Assembly: GCF_006345805.1 (NCBI RefSeq)
Contig: NC_043000.1
Coordinates: 112,654,001-112,718,000, forward strand
Reading direction: 5' to 3'
Source of the DNA: Octopus sinensis
Lineage: Eukaryota
DNA length: 64,000 nucleotides
The translations under genes were made by a program, and so were the position numbers. Of the stretch, positions 11,679 to 25,664 are shown one piece after another. Positions within the stretch are counted from its first letter, which is position 1. Each line of letters begins with the position of its first letter. The notes below the pieces were generated by a model. The model was given only the letters and a program-made list of their open reading frames with translations. It was not told the origin of the DNA and did no database searches.

Positions 11679-11981
11679 AGGTGACTTGGCAAAAACGTTA
11701 GCACGCCGGGCGAAATGTTTCGTTCTGAGTTCAAATTCCGTCGAGATCGACTTTGCCTTTCATCCTTTCGGGGTCGATAAATTAAGTACCAGTTACTCAC
11801 TGGGGTCGATGTAATCGACTTAATCCGTTTGTCTGTTCTTGTTCGTCCCCTCTGTTTTTAGCCCCTTGTTGGTAGTAAAGAAATAGGTATTTCGTCTGTC
11901 TTTGTGTTCAGAGTTCAAATTCCGCCGAGGTCGACTTTGCCTTTTATCCTTTCCGGGTCGATAAATTAAGTACCAGTTGTG
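11679..11981 (+). mobile_element. SINE family C dimer (C2 tail joined to a second body)
   Basis: Two GAGTTCAAATTCCG..GACTTTGCCTTT.ATCCTTTC.GGGTCGATAAATTAAGTACCAG bodies joined at AAAGAAATAG|GTATTTCGTC. Confidence 0.85.
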
Positions 11982-11983
11982 TA

Positions 11984-12540
11984 CGAGGGTGAGTCAAAAA
12001 GTAATGCCATTTTGTTTAGGACAAGTATAATTACCAGCACAGGAACATGAATCATACATCAAAATGTAGCTGGTCCTCTGTGGGTCACATCCCTACTTCT
12101 CAAGATAGTCACCGTCTCTCTCAAAAGCAATGTTCCACCTTCGAATGAGAGCATGTATCCCTGCCCCGTAAAATTCTGTTGACTGTTCCTTGAGCTATTT
12201 CTTCACTACCTCCACACTCACTAGATTTAGCGCCTTCAGATTATCATCTCTTTGGCGCCATGAAAGAGGGTTTGAGAGGCAAACATTACTCCTGTGACAA
12301 GGAAGTGAAAACTGTAGTGAAGAAGTGGCTCAAAAAACAGTCAACAGAATTTTACGGGGCAGGGATGCATGCTCTTATTCGAAGGTGGAACATTACTGTT
12401 GAGAGAAACGGTGGACCATGTTGAGAAGTAGGGATGTGATCCACAGGGGGCCAACTTCATTTTGATGTGTGATACATGTTCCTGTGTTGGTAATTATACC
12501 TGTCCTAATCAAAATGGCATTAATTTTTGACACGCCCTCT
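11984..12540. mobile_element. Mariner-derived fold-back element built from two inverted transposon 3' ends
   Basis: TA-flanked termini CGAGGGTGAGTCAAAAA / TTTTTGACACGCCCTCT; ~228-bp inverted arms; plus strand encodes LDLAPSDYHLFGAMKEGLRGKHY..WLKKQSTEF (mariner YSPDLAPSDYHLF motif). Confidence 0.85.
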
Positions 12541-12599
12541 TATACATTTGACGTAGCAAACGGCTTTATTTTGAGGAACATTTCTAGTGTGAGAAATGA

Positions 12600-12900
12600 C
12601 AACCTAGCAGACGTGAAACATGGCTGAATGGAAGAGTATAGCTTGGGCTTCTTTTTTAGTGGAGGTCTGAAAACGCCACATCCGGGTTATGAATCTCAGA
12701 GCTATAAAAGTATTTTAGAAACGAAACCCACGGATGAGAAAATAGTCGAAAAACGAGGCTGAACTTTAAATCTATCAGAGTTACTCTCCTGAGATTGGTT
12801 CTTTTAGTCAATGTTATTCACGTGAGTATTCAAGAGCCACTTGTAGACCTTAAGATTTTGTGAAATAGAAGGCAAGCTCTTCAGATCAGCATTGGTGTAA
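12600..12900 (-). pseudogene. Possible highly decayed CR1/L2-type RT fragment
   Basis: Manual minus-strand translation gives LPSISQNLKVYKWLLNTH and DVAFSDL-like segments resembling LPxISKILEK and DvxflDlsKAFD; many stops. Confidence 0.3.
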
Positions 12901-13276
12901 CCATGATGTTCTGGCGGTCTGATGAGCTAGCCTTTTTCATCTGCATTGATTTGTAAATGTAGTCGTACCATACAATGTGTAGCATGTATTTTGGAGCAAG
13001 CACGTAAATTAATTTTTATTATACACTGATGTTATTATTACATGTTGAATGCTGCGAAACAGCCATAATCCTACAGATACCATGTGGTTAAATAAATATA
13101 TTTACCTCTAATATATTCTGACATTTTATGGTCTTCATATTGCTTATAAAATTATTTCATCGATTGGATCTCCTGGTATTCAGCTGCAAAGAACTCTGTG
13201 TTAGGCTCTTTTGTGTTGGATTTTAATATGTGGTTGCCATAGGATTCCATGAATCTGTATATTCCACACACACACG

Positions 13277-13328
<52 letters not shown>

Positions 13329-13399
13329 TGCATATATAAACGTATATATACAGTTTCTCTAACTTTCTTTCAATATACATACATACGTGGTCTGATCAT

Positions 13400-13500
13400 T
13401 AAGTGGCACCTTGGGCAAGTGTCTTCTCCTTTAGCCTCGGGCGGGTCGACCAAAGCTTTGTGAGTGGATTTGGTAGGCGGACACTGAAAGAAGCCCGGCG
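13400..13500 (+). mobile_element. SINE family D, 5'-truncated body
   Basis: GTGGCACCTTGGGCAAGTGTCTTCT..GTGAGTGGATTTGGTAGGCGGACACTGAAAGAAGCCCG followed by (TA)n. Confidence 0.8.
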
Positions 13501-13531
<31 letters not shown>

Positions 13532-13873
13532 TGTACATTCATATTTATGTTTATACATTTATGTTTATATATTTAACCCAAGGTGTTCCTGCTGAGGACG
13601 ATTTAACCTCACGAGTATATGTTATTTACTTGCTTATCTAAAATCAGAAACCAATTGGTCCAGGAAACTAGATGGTAAAATGTTTTTATTTTTTCATTTC
13701 GTTCTTGTCGAATTTTATCCCTAATTTTGTGGTTATAGAACCTAGCTGTTCTTTCTAGCATGTTGAATCCCACGAGTGGATTCCTCATGTGTTTAAATGT
13801 ACACTGTATTTTACGTGGAAATGAAAATTTTAATTAATTTTAATTAATATCCATTTTCCTTTGATATTATTAA

Positions 13874-13937
<64 letters not shown>

Positions 13938-14589
13938 AGTAAAATAAGGATTCATATAGAATCAGGTACTTGAAAAGATATGCACCAGTTAGGGTTGGAT
14001 AAACCTGTGGTTCTGGCCTATGGTTGGTAAGTATCAAATACAATATTCCGGTTGCGTACACAAAGAAGATCAACCTTAAGTGTTTTTAGCGCCGAGTGGC
14101 TGGTTAAAGCACACGTTACTTTGAATAATGCGTTGTTGGTATACTCTAGGGTGTCCGACGAGTCGTAAATCCCCTTCGTGTATTATAATCAAATGAATAG
14201 TAACAGACGATGGATAATTGTCGGTTCATTACAGCTGTTTCTGACGCATTTTTTAATAGAAAAATGACAACATAACTCCATTACAAAGAAACCCCTTAAT
14301 CATCAGATGAAATGTAATCTTACAAACAAGAATATCCCAAGAATACAACAGGGATGTGGCTGATGTCTGACGGGGCGAATTATGTATTTTTGGGATAATT
14401 CTTTGCTTGTAAAATTACGTTTCATTTGATGATTATGGTTTTTTGTAATGATGTAATGTTTACATTCTTCTATTAAAAAGATGTACAAGAAACAGCTGTA
14501 ATGAGCTGACAATTATCCTTCGTCTGTTATTATTCATTTTATTATATATATATGTGTATATATATTTATGTGTGTGTGCGCAGGGGTTC

Positions 14590-14780
14590 TTCGTATCAGT
14601 TTATCCCCGTGACCGTTTGACAAGCAGTGTTTGTGTGGTTGCATTCCCGTAATTTAGCTGTTCAGCGAAAGGGACCACTAAAATAAGTTTGAGGCTTTAC
14701 AAACAACAAAGAATTCTTAAAGGCGGTGCTCCAGCATTGCCGCAGTCTAATGACTGATAAAAGTAACGGATAAAAGTTAA
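14590..14780 (+). mobile_element. SINE family D 3' half
   Basis: CCCGTAATTTAGCTGTTCAGCGAAAG..TAAAGGCGGTGCTCCAGCATTGCCGCAGTCTAATGACTGA..AAGTAA. Confidence 0.7.
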
Positions 14781-15704
14781 ATGATATACATACATACTTT
14801 CAGCTGTTACTACATTATCTTTCACTTGTTATGTATTGCAGAAGACAAAACGATGGTACCTCTATTAGAAGTTGGTACAGGGAACAATCTTCGTTTCTTT
14901 TGTTAGACATAAAAACGAAAAAAGAAGAAAACCAATGACGAAAATTCTGAAGAACCAATTCCAATTAATCAGAAAACAACAAAAAAAAACAACAAAAAAA
15001 AAACCAAAAAACAAACAAACACACCGAGTCATTTAGAGAAGCAAAGAAAATACAAAAGAAAAAAAATCAACTTTTATCGAATCAGGCAGAGAAAGTAAAA
15101 GAACAACGAAAGATATAAAAATCCAGCGCCATATTGGATATCACATTGCGTCTATATTACGATTGTGCCCAGGAGTTCTCCATTTTGCTCAATTGATATG
15201 CTAGGTCACGTGATAAAACGGCAAAGCTGAAAGTCACGACCTTGCCACATCCAGCATTTCAGGTGAATCAAATTGATTGGCTTCTCATGTGTCTCTATAA
15301 ATGATCTAATAACAAACATTCAAAACCTTTAGCTGCCACTGTCATCGTTTGCCAAGCAGCACATCTGTAATCTTATTAAAGTCCGCTGATTATTTTTACT
15401 CGTTTGCGTTCTAATCCACACGATACGGCTGTGTTTAGGAGATTTGATATAATACTCTGCTATCAACTTAGAAAACGAGAGGAGGTGTGTTGCTGGGTTG
15501 GCGGAGGCTGGCGGGACAACGGCGACTGACTACAGAGAGGGAGATCAAATTAGATTGTTTTATTTAGTTATTTATACGTGGATTGGTTCTCTCTTTTTGA
15601 TTTTGTTTCCGATATTGCTTCCACCATTTGTCTTTATGTATGGAAGAAAGACGGAAAGAAAGGAGGAGAGAAAGAGAGAGAGAAAGAGAGAGAGACAGAG
15701 AGAG

Positions 15705-15761
15705 AGAGAATGGCTGAGAAAGATAGGTAGATAGAACAATACTGTGAGGCAGAGAATGGGC

Positions 15762-15800
<39 letters not shown>

Positions 15801-15953
15801 TAAAAGAGAGAGAGAATGATTGAGAAAGATAAGTAGGAAGAACAATAGTGTGAGACAGAGAATGGGCGAAAGAGAGAGAGAGAGAAAAAAGAGAGAGAAT
15901 GATTGAGAAAGATAGGTAGAAAGAACAATACTGTGAGGCAGAGAATGGGCGAA

Positions 15954-15988
<35 letters not shown>

Positions 15989-16062
15989 AAGAGAGAGAAA
16001 GAGAGAGAGAATGATTGAGAAAGATAAGTAGAAAGAACAATACTGTGAGACAGAGAATGGGC

Positions 16063-16092
<30 letters not shown>
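15705..16092. repeat. Minisatellite: four ~60-bp units separated by variable (GA)n
   Basis: GAGAATG..TGAGAAAGATA.GTAG.AGAACAATA.TGTGAG.CAGAGAATGGGCGAAAG repeated four times. Confidence 0.9.
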
Positions 16093-16097
<5 letters not shown>

Positions 16098-16355
16098 TGT
16101 GTGTGTGAGGGATATACAAGGAAAGAAGCAAGGATAATTGTTATGAGTAAATTGATTCTGGGAATGATACCCAGAACGACCATTGCTAACTGTAAATTGA
16201 TGAAGGAAAGAGAAAACTTATCGCATCTCATTATCAGACAAACGAGTGGATAGGGCGATAGGAGAGCGCGGGAAAGTTGCTGTTACAGCTATTTATTTCT
16301 ACAATTAGCAAACCATATTCTCCGACTCTATGAATAATAATGATGACACTACAAT

Positions 16356-16411
<56 letters not shown>

Positions 16412-18098
16412 TTACTATTACTACTACTACTTTCTTTTTTATGGGCCACAAGTGCCCATAAATGCAATAAAAATATGTCATGCAATGAGATTACGTGTGG
16501 AATGTCCGTATGTACGCGTACGCGCACCTCCACCCCCACATATCATAATGACGAGATTAGTATAAACGTAATACAATATATTATGCTAAATTAAGTTAAT
16601 ATAAGAGGTTAAAATAATGCTAGAGGAACTAATACGAAGCAGGGCAAGAGCTAAATAGAGTGCCAAACTGCCATTTTCGGTAGGAATAATGCATTATGCG
16701 GCAGTGATCACCACAAAAACCGATCACTTGTTATTTGGATGTCAGGAAAAAAATTCGAGAGCTTCGGTCGTACTCTAGTCACCTCTAGTTTTGCTAGTCA
16801 CCTCTGCGCTCACTCCATGTTTATTGCGTAAAGATGACGGTGGAGCTATATGTGTATAGATGTCGATGTTCATGCGTATAACTTTGCCCGTGATTCTAGT
16901 GTTCCTGTGATACTAGGATTTGTAACACAAACTTACAGGCATGCGTGTAAGGAACCAGCTCTATTTATACCCTGAACCTGTCTCCACCATAAAAACTAGG
17001 CAAACATATATATGTGCTCTGCCCGAACTAAATTAAGTTGTGTGTCATATTAGCCGAGGCTTTGGCCATGTTCTTTTTTTAAAAGCACTTTAAAAGAGGT
17101 GTGTTAACTTCCCTCTTACTCTTTTCAGGTTAAAGTCGTCGCGCAAGGAAGCACTATCTTTTGTGATGCACCTCATCAGGACCGTATTTAAACCATGGGT
17201 GGCCCGGGTACTTCAAGTTTGGTGGGCCCCTTATACACAAGAATTAAAATCTTAGAAAATCACCAAATTTAAATCTCAAAACCCATCTATTTCAAATAAT
17301 TGAATTTGATGAGTTAGCAGAGGAAGTTTAAATAAATGACCGAGAATGTTGTTTTATAGATACATTTTTTCAAAATTCAAATTTTGTTTTTCACACATCC
17401 ATTTCCGGTGTTTGACTTTTCCTTCATTGTGACTTTTCCTTCTGAGTTCAAAATCGAACGAGGTCGACTTTGCTTTTAACATAAGTATCAGTCGATTACT
17501 GGGGTCGATATAATCGACTTACGAATTTGGACTAAATAAGCTCCAAGCGTCTGACATGACTATTCCATCATATTTCCAAACATATTATATCAAGCACTAT
17601 ACTCTAAATTTGCTCCACCATCCATTTTCAAAACTGTAGGCTTTAATATCAGTGATGCCTGCTGCTATTTCTAGTTGAATGTAGGAAGAAGCAAATATAC
17701 TCCCAGCTTTTTTTCTCTCTTTTCCTCAGTTGTTATTGTTCATATTGACAGATGGAATTGTAGACATTAAACGCCATAGCAGAGAAGGATGCTATCCAAT
17801 GTGATAATATTATAAGAATTGTTAGATTTACGCATATTTTAAAACAAACACACACAACGGCAGAAACAGTTGTAAGCTAAGCTAATGACGTCATCTTACT
17901 TATTACCGCTCTATTTTCAGCCAATACTTCGTTCTGAAAGGAGCATATATTGAGTTCTACACCAGGTTATTAGTCATGCAACACCTAAGCGAAATATATA
18001 TACACACATACCCACGCGAACGTTCGTTTTGGAGACACTACTAATTTGTTATCTCCCCTTCTTCTTAGCTCTCCTGTGTGACCCTTCTGTCCGGCATT

Positions 18099-18285
18099 CG
18101 CCATGATAGATCGTTAGCCACTACACACACTTTTTTCTCTCCTTGTTTCTTTCTGTGTTCCTTTCTGTGAAAGAGCGTAGGCTCGAAACGTGAAAGACTT
18201 TTTCTATTCCCGAGCGTTATACTAATACAACTGTTTATTTTCTACACCATCTGTCTTCGTCTTTTTTTTGTGAATTCTCCTCATA
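18099..18285 (+). mobile_element. Repeat family F, second copy, degenerate hammerhead motif
   Basis: Aligns with 6631-6840; CTTT CTGTGAA A GAGC gtag GCTC GAAA CGTG AAAG at 18161-18196. Confidence 0.6.
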
Positions 18286-18310
18286 TATACATATACCTAT
18301 ATATGTATAT

Positions 18311-18473
18311 AGGCGCAGGCGTGGCTGTGTGGTAAGTAACTTGGTTCCCAACCACATAGTTCTGGGTTCAGTTCTACTGTGTGGCACCTTGGGCAAGTAT
18401 CTTCTAGTACAGCTTCGGGTCGAACAAAGCCTTGGAGTAAATTTGTTAGACAGAAACTGAAAGAAGCCCGTCG

Positions 18474-18531
<58 letters not shown>

Positions 18532-18695
18532 TATTTGAGTCTTTGTGTTTACCCCACACAGCGCTTGGAAGTCAATGTTGGTGTATTTACATCCCTGTAA
18601 CTTAGCTGTTCAGCAAAAGATACCGATAAAATAATTATAAGGTTTAGAAAGACTAAGTCCTGGTCGTAGTCAAATGACTGAAACAAGTAAAAAGT
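18311..18695 (+). mobile_element. SINE family D, full length, with internal (TA)(TG)n
   Basis: tRNA-like head GGCGCAGGCGTGGCTGTGTGG..GGGTTCAGTTC, CORE-like body, internal microsatellite, tail ending CAAATGACTGAAACAAGTAAAAAG. Confidence 0.85.
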
Positions 18696-18755
18696 TAAAT
18701 AAAATGATATATATGTATATAGAAACATATATAATATACGCTATATATATATATG

Positions 18756-18793
<38 letters not shown>

Positions 18794-19444
18794 CACATAC
18801 ATATATATTTATTGTGAGTGAGAGAGAGAGGAACAGTTTTATATCGGTGTCAGCTGCAACTAAATCTGTGAGCGCGTGTCAGATTGTACATATATGTACG
18901 CACGTATATATGTATATATCTATGTATGTGTATTTATATCTATACATACACACACATATATATATATATATGTATATATATATATGTATGTGTTTGTGTG
19001 TGTGGTGTGTGCGTGTGTATGTATATGTGTGTATTGAGAAACGCACAGATCTTGACAGGTTCGTGGATGTGTTTAGAAGAAACTATGGTTTATTAAGTCC
19101 TAAGAAGCGAAGACAGAATCGATCGAACGCTAAGACCTAAACATTGAGTAGAGATGTAGAGAAGCAAGGAAGCCGGAACATCGGTAGGTGGAGCTGTAGG
19201 GTGGCTAATATGGTGGTGGGGGCGGCGTGGACAGTCTCACTTTAAAAATCGTAGTGACAGCTGTCAATATATTACTAGCAGAGGATTTGTATCGTCTTTT
19301 CAGAGAATTCGGTTGCATCTTAGAGTGGAAGCTGTGGACTTGATGACAGTTTAGGTTGGCAAACGGAAACAGCTGTGTGACACCGTTTATATCGATAATT
19401 ATTGATATTTTGTATATGATTGATTGATAAATGTATAGGTCGGT

Positions 19445-19516
19445 ATATATATATATATAGATATATATATATATGTAGTTGAAAAAAGGTTATATATATA
19501 AATATATATCTATATG

Positions 19517-19573
<57 letters not shown>

Positions 19574-19590
19574 TATGTATATATATATGT

Positions 19591-19643
<53 letters not shown>

Positions 19644-19682
19644 GTATATATATCTATATATATATATATATATTATGTATGT

Positions 19683-19718
<36 letters not shown>

Positions 19719-19891
19719 TATATATGTATATATATATATTATGTTATATATATATATGTATATATATATGTATGTATATATATAAGTATGTATATATATA
19801 TATATGTAGTTGAAAAAGGTTATATATATGTATATACTATATATATATATATATAGTAGTTGAAAAAAGGGTATATATATAAATATATATC

Positions 19892-19959
<68 letters not shown>

Positions 19960-20025
19960 TATATAATATATGTATATATATGTATATATGTATATATATA
20001 TATAGTATGTATATATACTATAATA

Positions 20026-20064
<39 letters not shown>

Positions 20065-20070
20065 GTATGT

Positions 20071-20110
<40 letters not shown>

Positions 20111-20275
20111 TATGTATATATATATATTTAAAATATATGATATATATATATGTATGTATATATATAGTATGTATATATATATATATGTATGTATATATAT
20201 ATGTATATATATATATGTATTTATAAATATATATGTATATATATATGTATGTATATATATATGTATATATATATG
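19445..20275. repeat. TA-rich satellite containing three copies of the anchor GTAGTTGAAAAA(A)GG
   Basis: Anchor at ~19475, ~19806 and ~19857. Confidence 0.9.
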
Positions 20276-20951
20276 ACTCTATTATACTTTCTATTCTTTC
20301 ATTCTTTCCTTCTTTCTATCAGCCCTTTCACACTTACTTCGTTCATTCCACTTCGTTCTTTCGTTATCCCTCTCTCACAGCTCCTGGCCTTCCCTTCATG
20401 CTCATTTTCCCTCCTCTTTCATTTCACTCTGTCCCTTTCATTTTCTTCTTCTCACTCCTTAATTCTTCTATCCCTCTGCCTCTACCTCTCTCTCTTCTCT
20501 CTTCACGTGACCAGTGTTCGGCCAAACCTGACCTTTCTTTCTTGGTTCGACTACCATCCGTGCAACTTCTATATTCATTCCAGTGCTTGTGAAAGCTTGT
20601 ATCCCAGCTGTAAGGCTTTGCTTCTAAACAAGCTTAATTTAATTCGTCCTTAGTCGAAAGACACCTGTTGTTATGTCCTGTTATTTGAATCTGTGTAACC
20701 TTTCCCGTTTTTTCCGTCCTTGTTTTCATATACACTCGCTGCTTTCTTCCAAGGAATCTAATGCTCTTAGCTGGTCAGATTGGAGCAATCTCGAGTATAA
20801 CGAGTTGAAATTTTAAAGATAATCTGGAACACGACTGAGGGAAGAAAACTCTGAATGACCCGTCCTTGTTTTCTTTGTAGCGTCTACCTGGATGTTTTGT
20901 TGACCCTTTTTTGTATTACCTAACTGTCTGGATATTTTGCGTTCTTGTCCC

Positions 20952-20994
<43 letters not shown>

Positions 20995-20996
20995 TT

Positions 20997-21190
20997 CATT
21001 TATTCGTTTCAGTGATTTGACTGTTGCCATGCTGGAGATTCTCCTTTAGTTAAACAAATCGCCCACAGAACTTATTCTTTGTAAGCCTAGTACTTATTCT
21101 ATCGGTTTCTTTTGGCAACCCATTAAGTTACGGGGGCGTAAACATACGAACATTGGTGTCAAACAATTGTTAGGGGACAAACACAGACAT
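20997..21190 (-). mobile_element. SINE family D 3' half
   Basis: TTCAGTGATTTGACTGTTGCCATGCTGGAG..ACTTATTCTTTGTAAGCCTAGTACTTATTCTATCGG..GGGACAAACACAGAC. Confidence 0.8.
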
Positions 21191-22159
21191 ACAAATAAAG
21201 TGTCTTGCTCAAGGTCATAACACATAGGTGGGGATCGAACTCCCCAACTTAAGATCCAAAGCCAAATACCCTAACCACTAAACTATATACCTTCATACTT
21301 CAATGAGTAAAATTAGTAAAAGGATTACATTAGTGTCACATGATGGAATTGATGAAGGACTGGCTAACACAGATCGTGACGTATAGCCAGCTGGAAACGA
21401 TGTCTCCTGGGGCTAAATTACAGCAACGTTCGTCCTAAACCAGGAATGCCATGTTATCTTGGCAAATAATCTCTACTCTGTCTAACGTATTTATCTTGAT
21501 ACCGCAGACTTTCATCAAAAGGACACTTTTGTTTAAAAGAGAAGTCTCCTCTTACCATCCTATGGTAAGCTTTCAGACCCTCAGATGACTGCTGGGCTAC
21601 ACTATGTGACCCAGACAATGTCCAGTAACTCGCAGCCATCTTTTTGCTATGGAATTAGTGACCATCAAGACGGAGTGTGTTGGAGTGTGACATCCGATCA
21701 ATTTTGTATACTGAAAGCAGAGCTCCATCTAAGGTGCAACTGTCATCATGGCCGTATAAGTTGTGATCGCTGATGATAATGGGTGACGATGATGACGATG
21801 GTGATAAAGATTGTTGTGATGATGAGGAGGAGGAGGAAGGGGAGGTTGATGATTATGGGAGCGATCATGACTGTACGACCTAAGATTCCAGTGGTGGCCA
21901 CACCGTCTCAGATGGAATCCGCCAGAGGGTGGCCATTGCTGTTCTTCATTTATATTTTGCGTGCCGCCTGTTTGGATGCTAATGCATCAATTAATGCAGT
22001 AACTGTTGGTGTGTTTCGCTGTTGTTATTTCGATGTTTTGCTCTGAGAAATACGTTTGAGATGTCTTGAAAATGGCACGAAATACTGGATAAATTAATCC
22101 TGACACTAAGTATCTTTGAGAAATATCTTTGTATTCTATGCACAAAGCTTATATTTAAG

Positions 22160-22645
<486 letters not shown>

Positions 22646-23456
22646 TGTCTGTCTGTCTGCCTGTCTGTGTATCTATGTATGCAACCAGCGAGAACAACAA
22701 ATCCAGCTCGGTTTTTGGGTCTCGCATGAGAATTTGTCGTCTCTGAGATAGGAAATTGGGAATAAACATTTACTGATGTTGCGAGTAGGCACTGAAAAAG
22801 CCGAAAATGACCAAGATCCATCTGACGATCACACTTGCAGCTGTTAGAACGAATTTTAGTTTCTTTCCGATATGTATTGTGCTTTTAACGCAGTAAGTCG
22901 ATGTTGTTTCAGGACATGTACCGCAGTAACTGGCCCATCAACAATTTATATACCTTAAAAATATAACATAGATTTGACTTCGGTGAGATTTGATCTCAAA
23001 ACATTCGGGTTTTAACTTAAAACCGCAAGGAATTTGATCCATTCCTCTGTAATTTTTATCACCCATCATTCTAATCATGGCAAAAAATAAAAACTTACAA
23101 CACGAAATAACATTTCATAATAGTTTTTCAAGTATTTTATGCTGTACAGTTCTAAGTTATATATTGCAACATTCAGAAAACCATTAAACAAATACATAAA
23201 GCCCTACACAACAATATATGCAAGAATTATTCTCTGTAGTCCAGCTGCAGTTGTTGCCGCTGCTCGGATTGATACCGCTGGTGGTGGCGGTAGCGGCTAC
23301 GCCATTACTGTTGCTGTCAGCACTCCTGCACGTCTCTTCTGTAACTACAATTATTATAAACCGCCATAACACAGCATTAGAAATATATTAATACTGGGAT
23401 ATAGATAGAGATAATGTTTTTTATGGGATGCTTCTAATATTAAATAATATTTGTTA

Positions 23457-23517
<61 letters not shown>

Positions 23518-24954
23518 CATCATTTTGTTTTTCAAAGGGAAAATATAGTGTTTTTTTATGAAGCATATCTCTATAGTTTCGTAACGTTGGAGATGTTAAT
23601 GGCAGAATATTGTATTTTATTTTATTTTATTTCATTTTATTTTATTTTATTTTATTGTATTTTATTTATTTTTTGAAAATGGTGGACTTGGCAATTTCTG
23701 GTCGCATGATTACACAACAAATACAGTATTTATGATTTGCACGCACACGCACGCACACACCCACATACACATGCACACACACACACACACACGAATGCAC
23801 ACACACACACACACACACACGCATACAGACACACACATACAGACACATACACTGACGGACGTACAAACATACACACAACATACGGAAGTGCAAACAGACC
23901 TGCACACATACACGTATATATATACATCATATATATGTGTTTATATGCATATATATACATACATATGTGTATATAAGTGTAATTATATAAGCATATATAT
24001 ATGCATATATTCATACATATGTATAGACACACATATATATATGTATATATATATATTTATATTTATATATATATATATGTATATAGATATATATACATAT
24101 GTGCATAATTATGCACATACACTCCTATACACGTACATGCGCGCTTATATATGCCGTGGTTAGGTCGACGACACACAGACACACGTTGTCTTCTACATGG
24201 CTATTTATAATCGTGTCAGACATATTAAAATCTTATACATAAATCGATGAGGTTTGATCAAGATGTTGATCATGTGGATGATGATGATGATGATGATGAT
24301 GATGCTTTTAGCAATATCTCTGATAGTAATGGTTGTTTGTTCATCCTAACTAATAAGAACAAAATAAAAAATATTAACTAATAATGGTTATAACAACAAT
24401 AATAATTTCTTTATTGGCTAGTATTTACCTCAAGGGCAACATGTAGAAAGACATTACGAATGTTGAAGGGTTTGTATAGTTAAGGCTGTAAAAGAGAAAT
24501 AAAATTGGTGAACGAATTTATAAAGATATGGAATGAAATAAAACTTTCCAAGAATGTGAGCAGCTATGTAGGGCTAGTCAAGGAAACCCACAGGCCTACA
24601 AGCACCCTTAGTGCTTGTGAAACCGCTTTATTTTAGTGGTGGTCTGCAGTCGAAAAGGGAATTCTGAGGGATGGTGCATTCAAAGAAGTCAATCGCGCAA
24701 TCTCCACTACCTTTCCTACAAATTAACTGTACATCACTAGTTTAATCTCTACATTCATGTTTCATCCGAAGGGGAATGAAAGGAAACCAACGAGAGTTTG
24801 GTAGAAGAGCAAAATGTTTTTATTCAGCATTTTCAGTCTTGTTCTCTATGCAGTCACTTTCACAATGGCCCATCGCACAATAGAAAACTGTCCATCTTCC
24901 TCAAACCAGATGACGCAAAGGACAGATGGTATCAATAATAAAAACCGTACTTCA

Positions 24955-25329
24955 TGTGGAGGTACAATGGCCCAGTGGTTAGGGCAGCAGACTCGCGGTC
25001 ATAGGATCGCGGTTTCGATTCCTAGACCGGGCGTTGTGAGTATTTATTGAGCGAAAACACCCGAAGCTCCACGAGGCTCCGGCAATGGGTGGTGGTGCAT
25101 CATGCTGCACTCTTTCACCACACATTTCTCTCACTCTTTCTTCCTGTTTCTGCTCTACCTGTATTCCAAAAAACGACCATCCTTGTCATATTCTGTGTCA
25201 CGCTGAATCTCCCTGAGATCTACGTTGAGTGTACACGTGTCTGTGGAGTGCTCAGCCACTTGCATGTTAATTTCACGAGTAGGCTCTTCCGTTGATCGGA
25301 TCAACTGAAACCCTCGTCGTCGTAACCGA
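24955..25329 (+). mobile_element. SINE family B, full length
   Basis: Head TGGCCCAGTGGTTAGG..GGTTTCGATTCC; aligns with 60291-60654. Confidence 0.85.
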
Positions 25330-25664
25330 TCCTTCATGTCACGAGAGCGATTGGACATGTCAGTGATTCTCAGACTCTTATGAAGAATGATTCTGTTGCC
25401 CCATGTGCTTCTCAGACAGAACTGCTCAACTTCGTTTTCATACTGCTAAAGCTTTTTGCCTAATCAACAATATCCCATCCCCATGGTAGAATTGCAAGGA
25501 TTTTTGGAGATTTATTATATTTCGCTGATATTCGTCAACTCCAAGAGCCTTTTCTGGTTTGACCTCGTCATGAATGACGTCACACTCTGCCCTACACGCA
25601 AAGTATGTTGGATCCGGCAGTAGACAGACCTTTTCAGCGAGATGGGCTACTCAAACCAGATTTA

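Noticed and set aside
15705-16092. CRISPR-like repeat/spacer appearance
   Set aside because: Spacers are (GA)n microsatellites, repeats are ~60 bp, there are no cas genes and the context is eukaryotic
17105-17210. Strong-looking splice acceptor (CTCTTACTCTTTTCAG) as a host exon
   Set aside because: No recognisable peptide, no convincing donor, and a GGGCCC MITE-like motif follows; needs RNA-seq
20540-20970. Repeat-like segment with GTCCTTAGTCGAAAGACACC as a possible hammerhead 3' half
   Set aside because: No CUGANGA core upstream and only one copy in the window, so it cannot be supported
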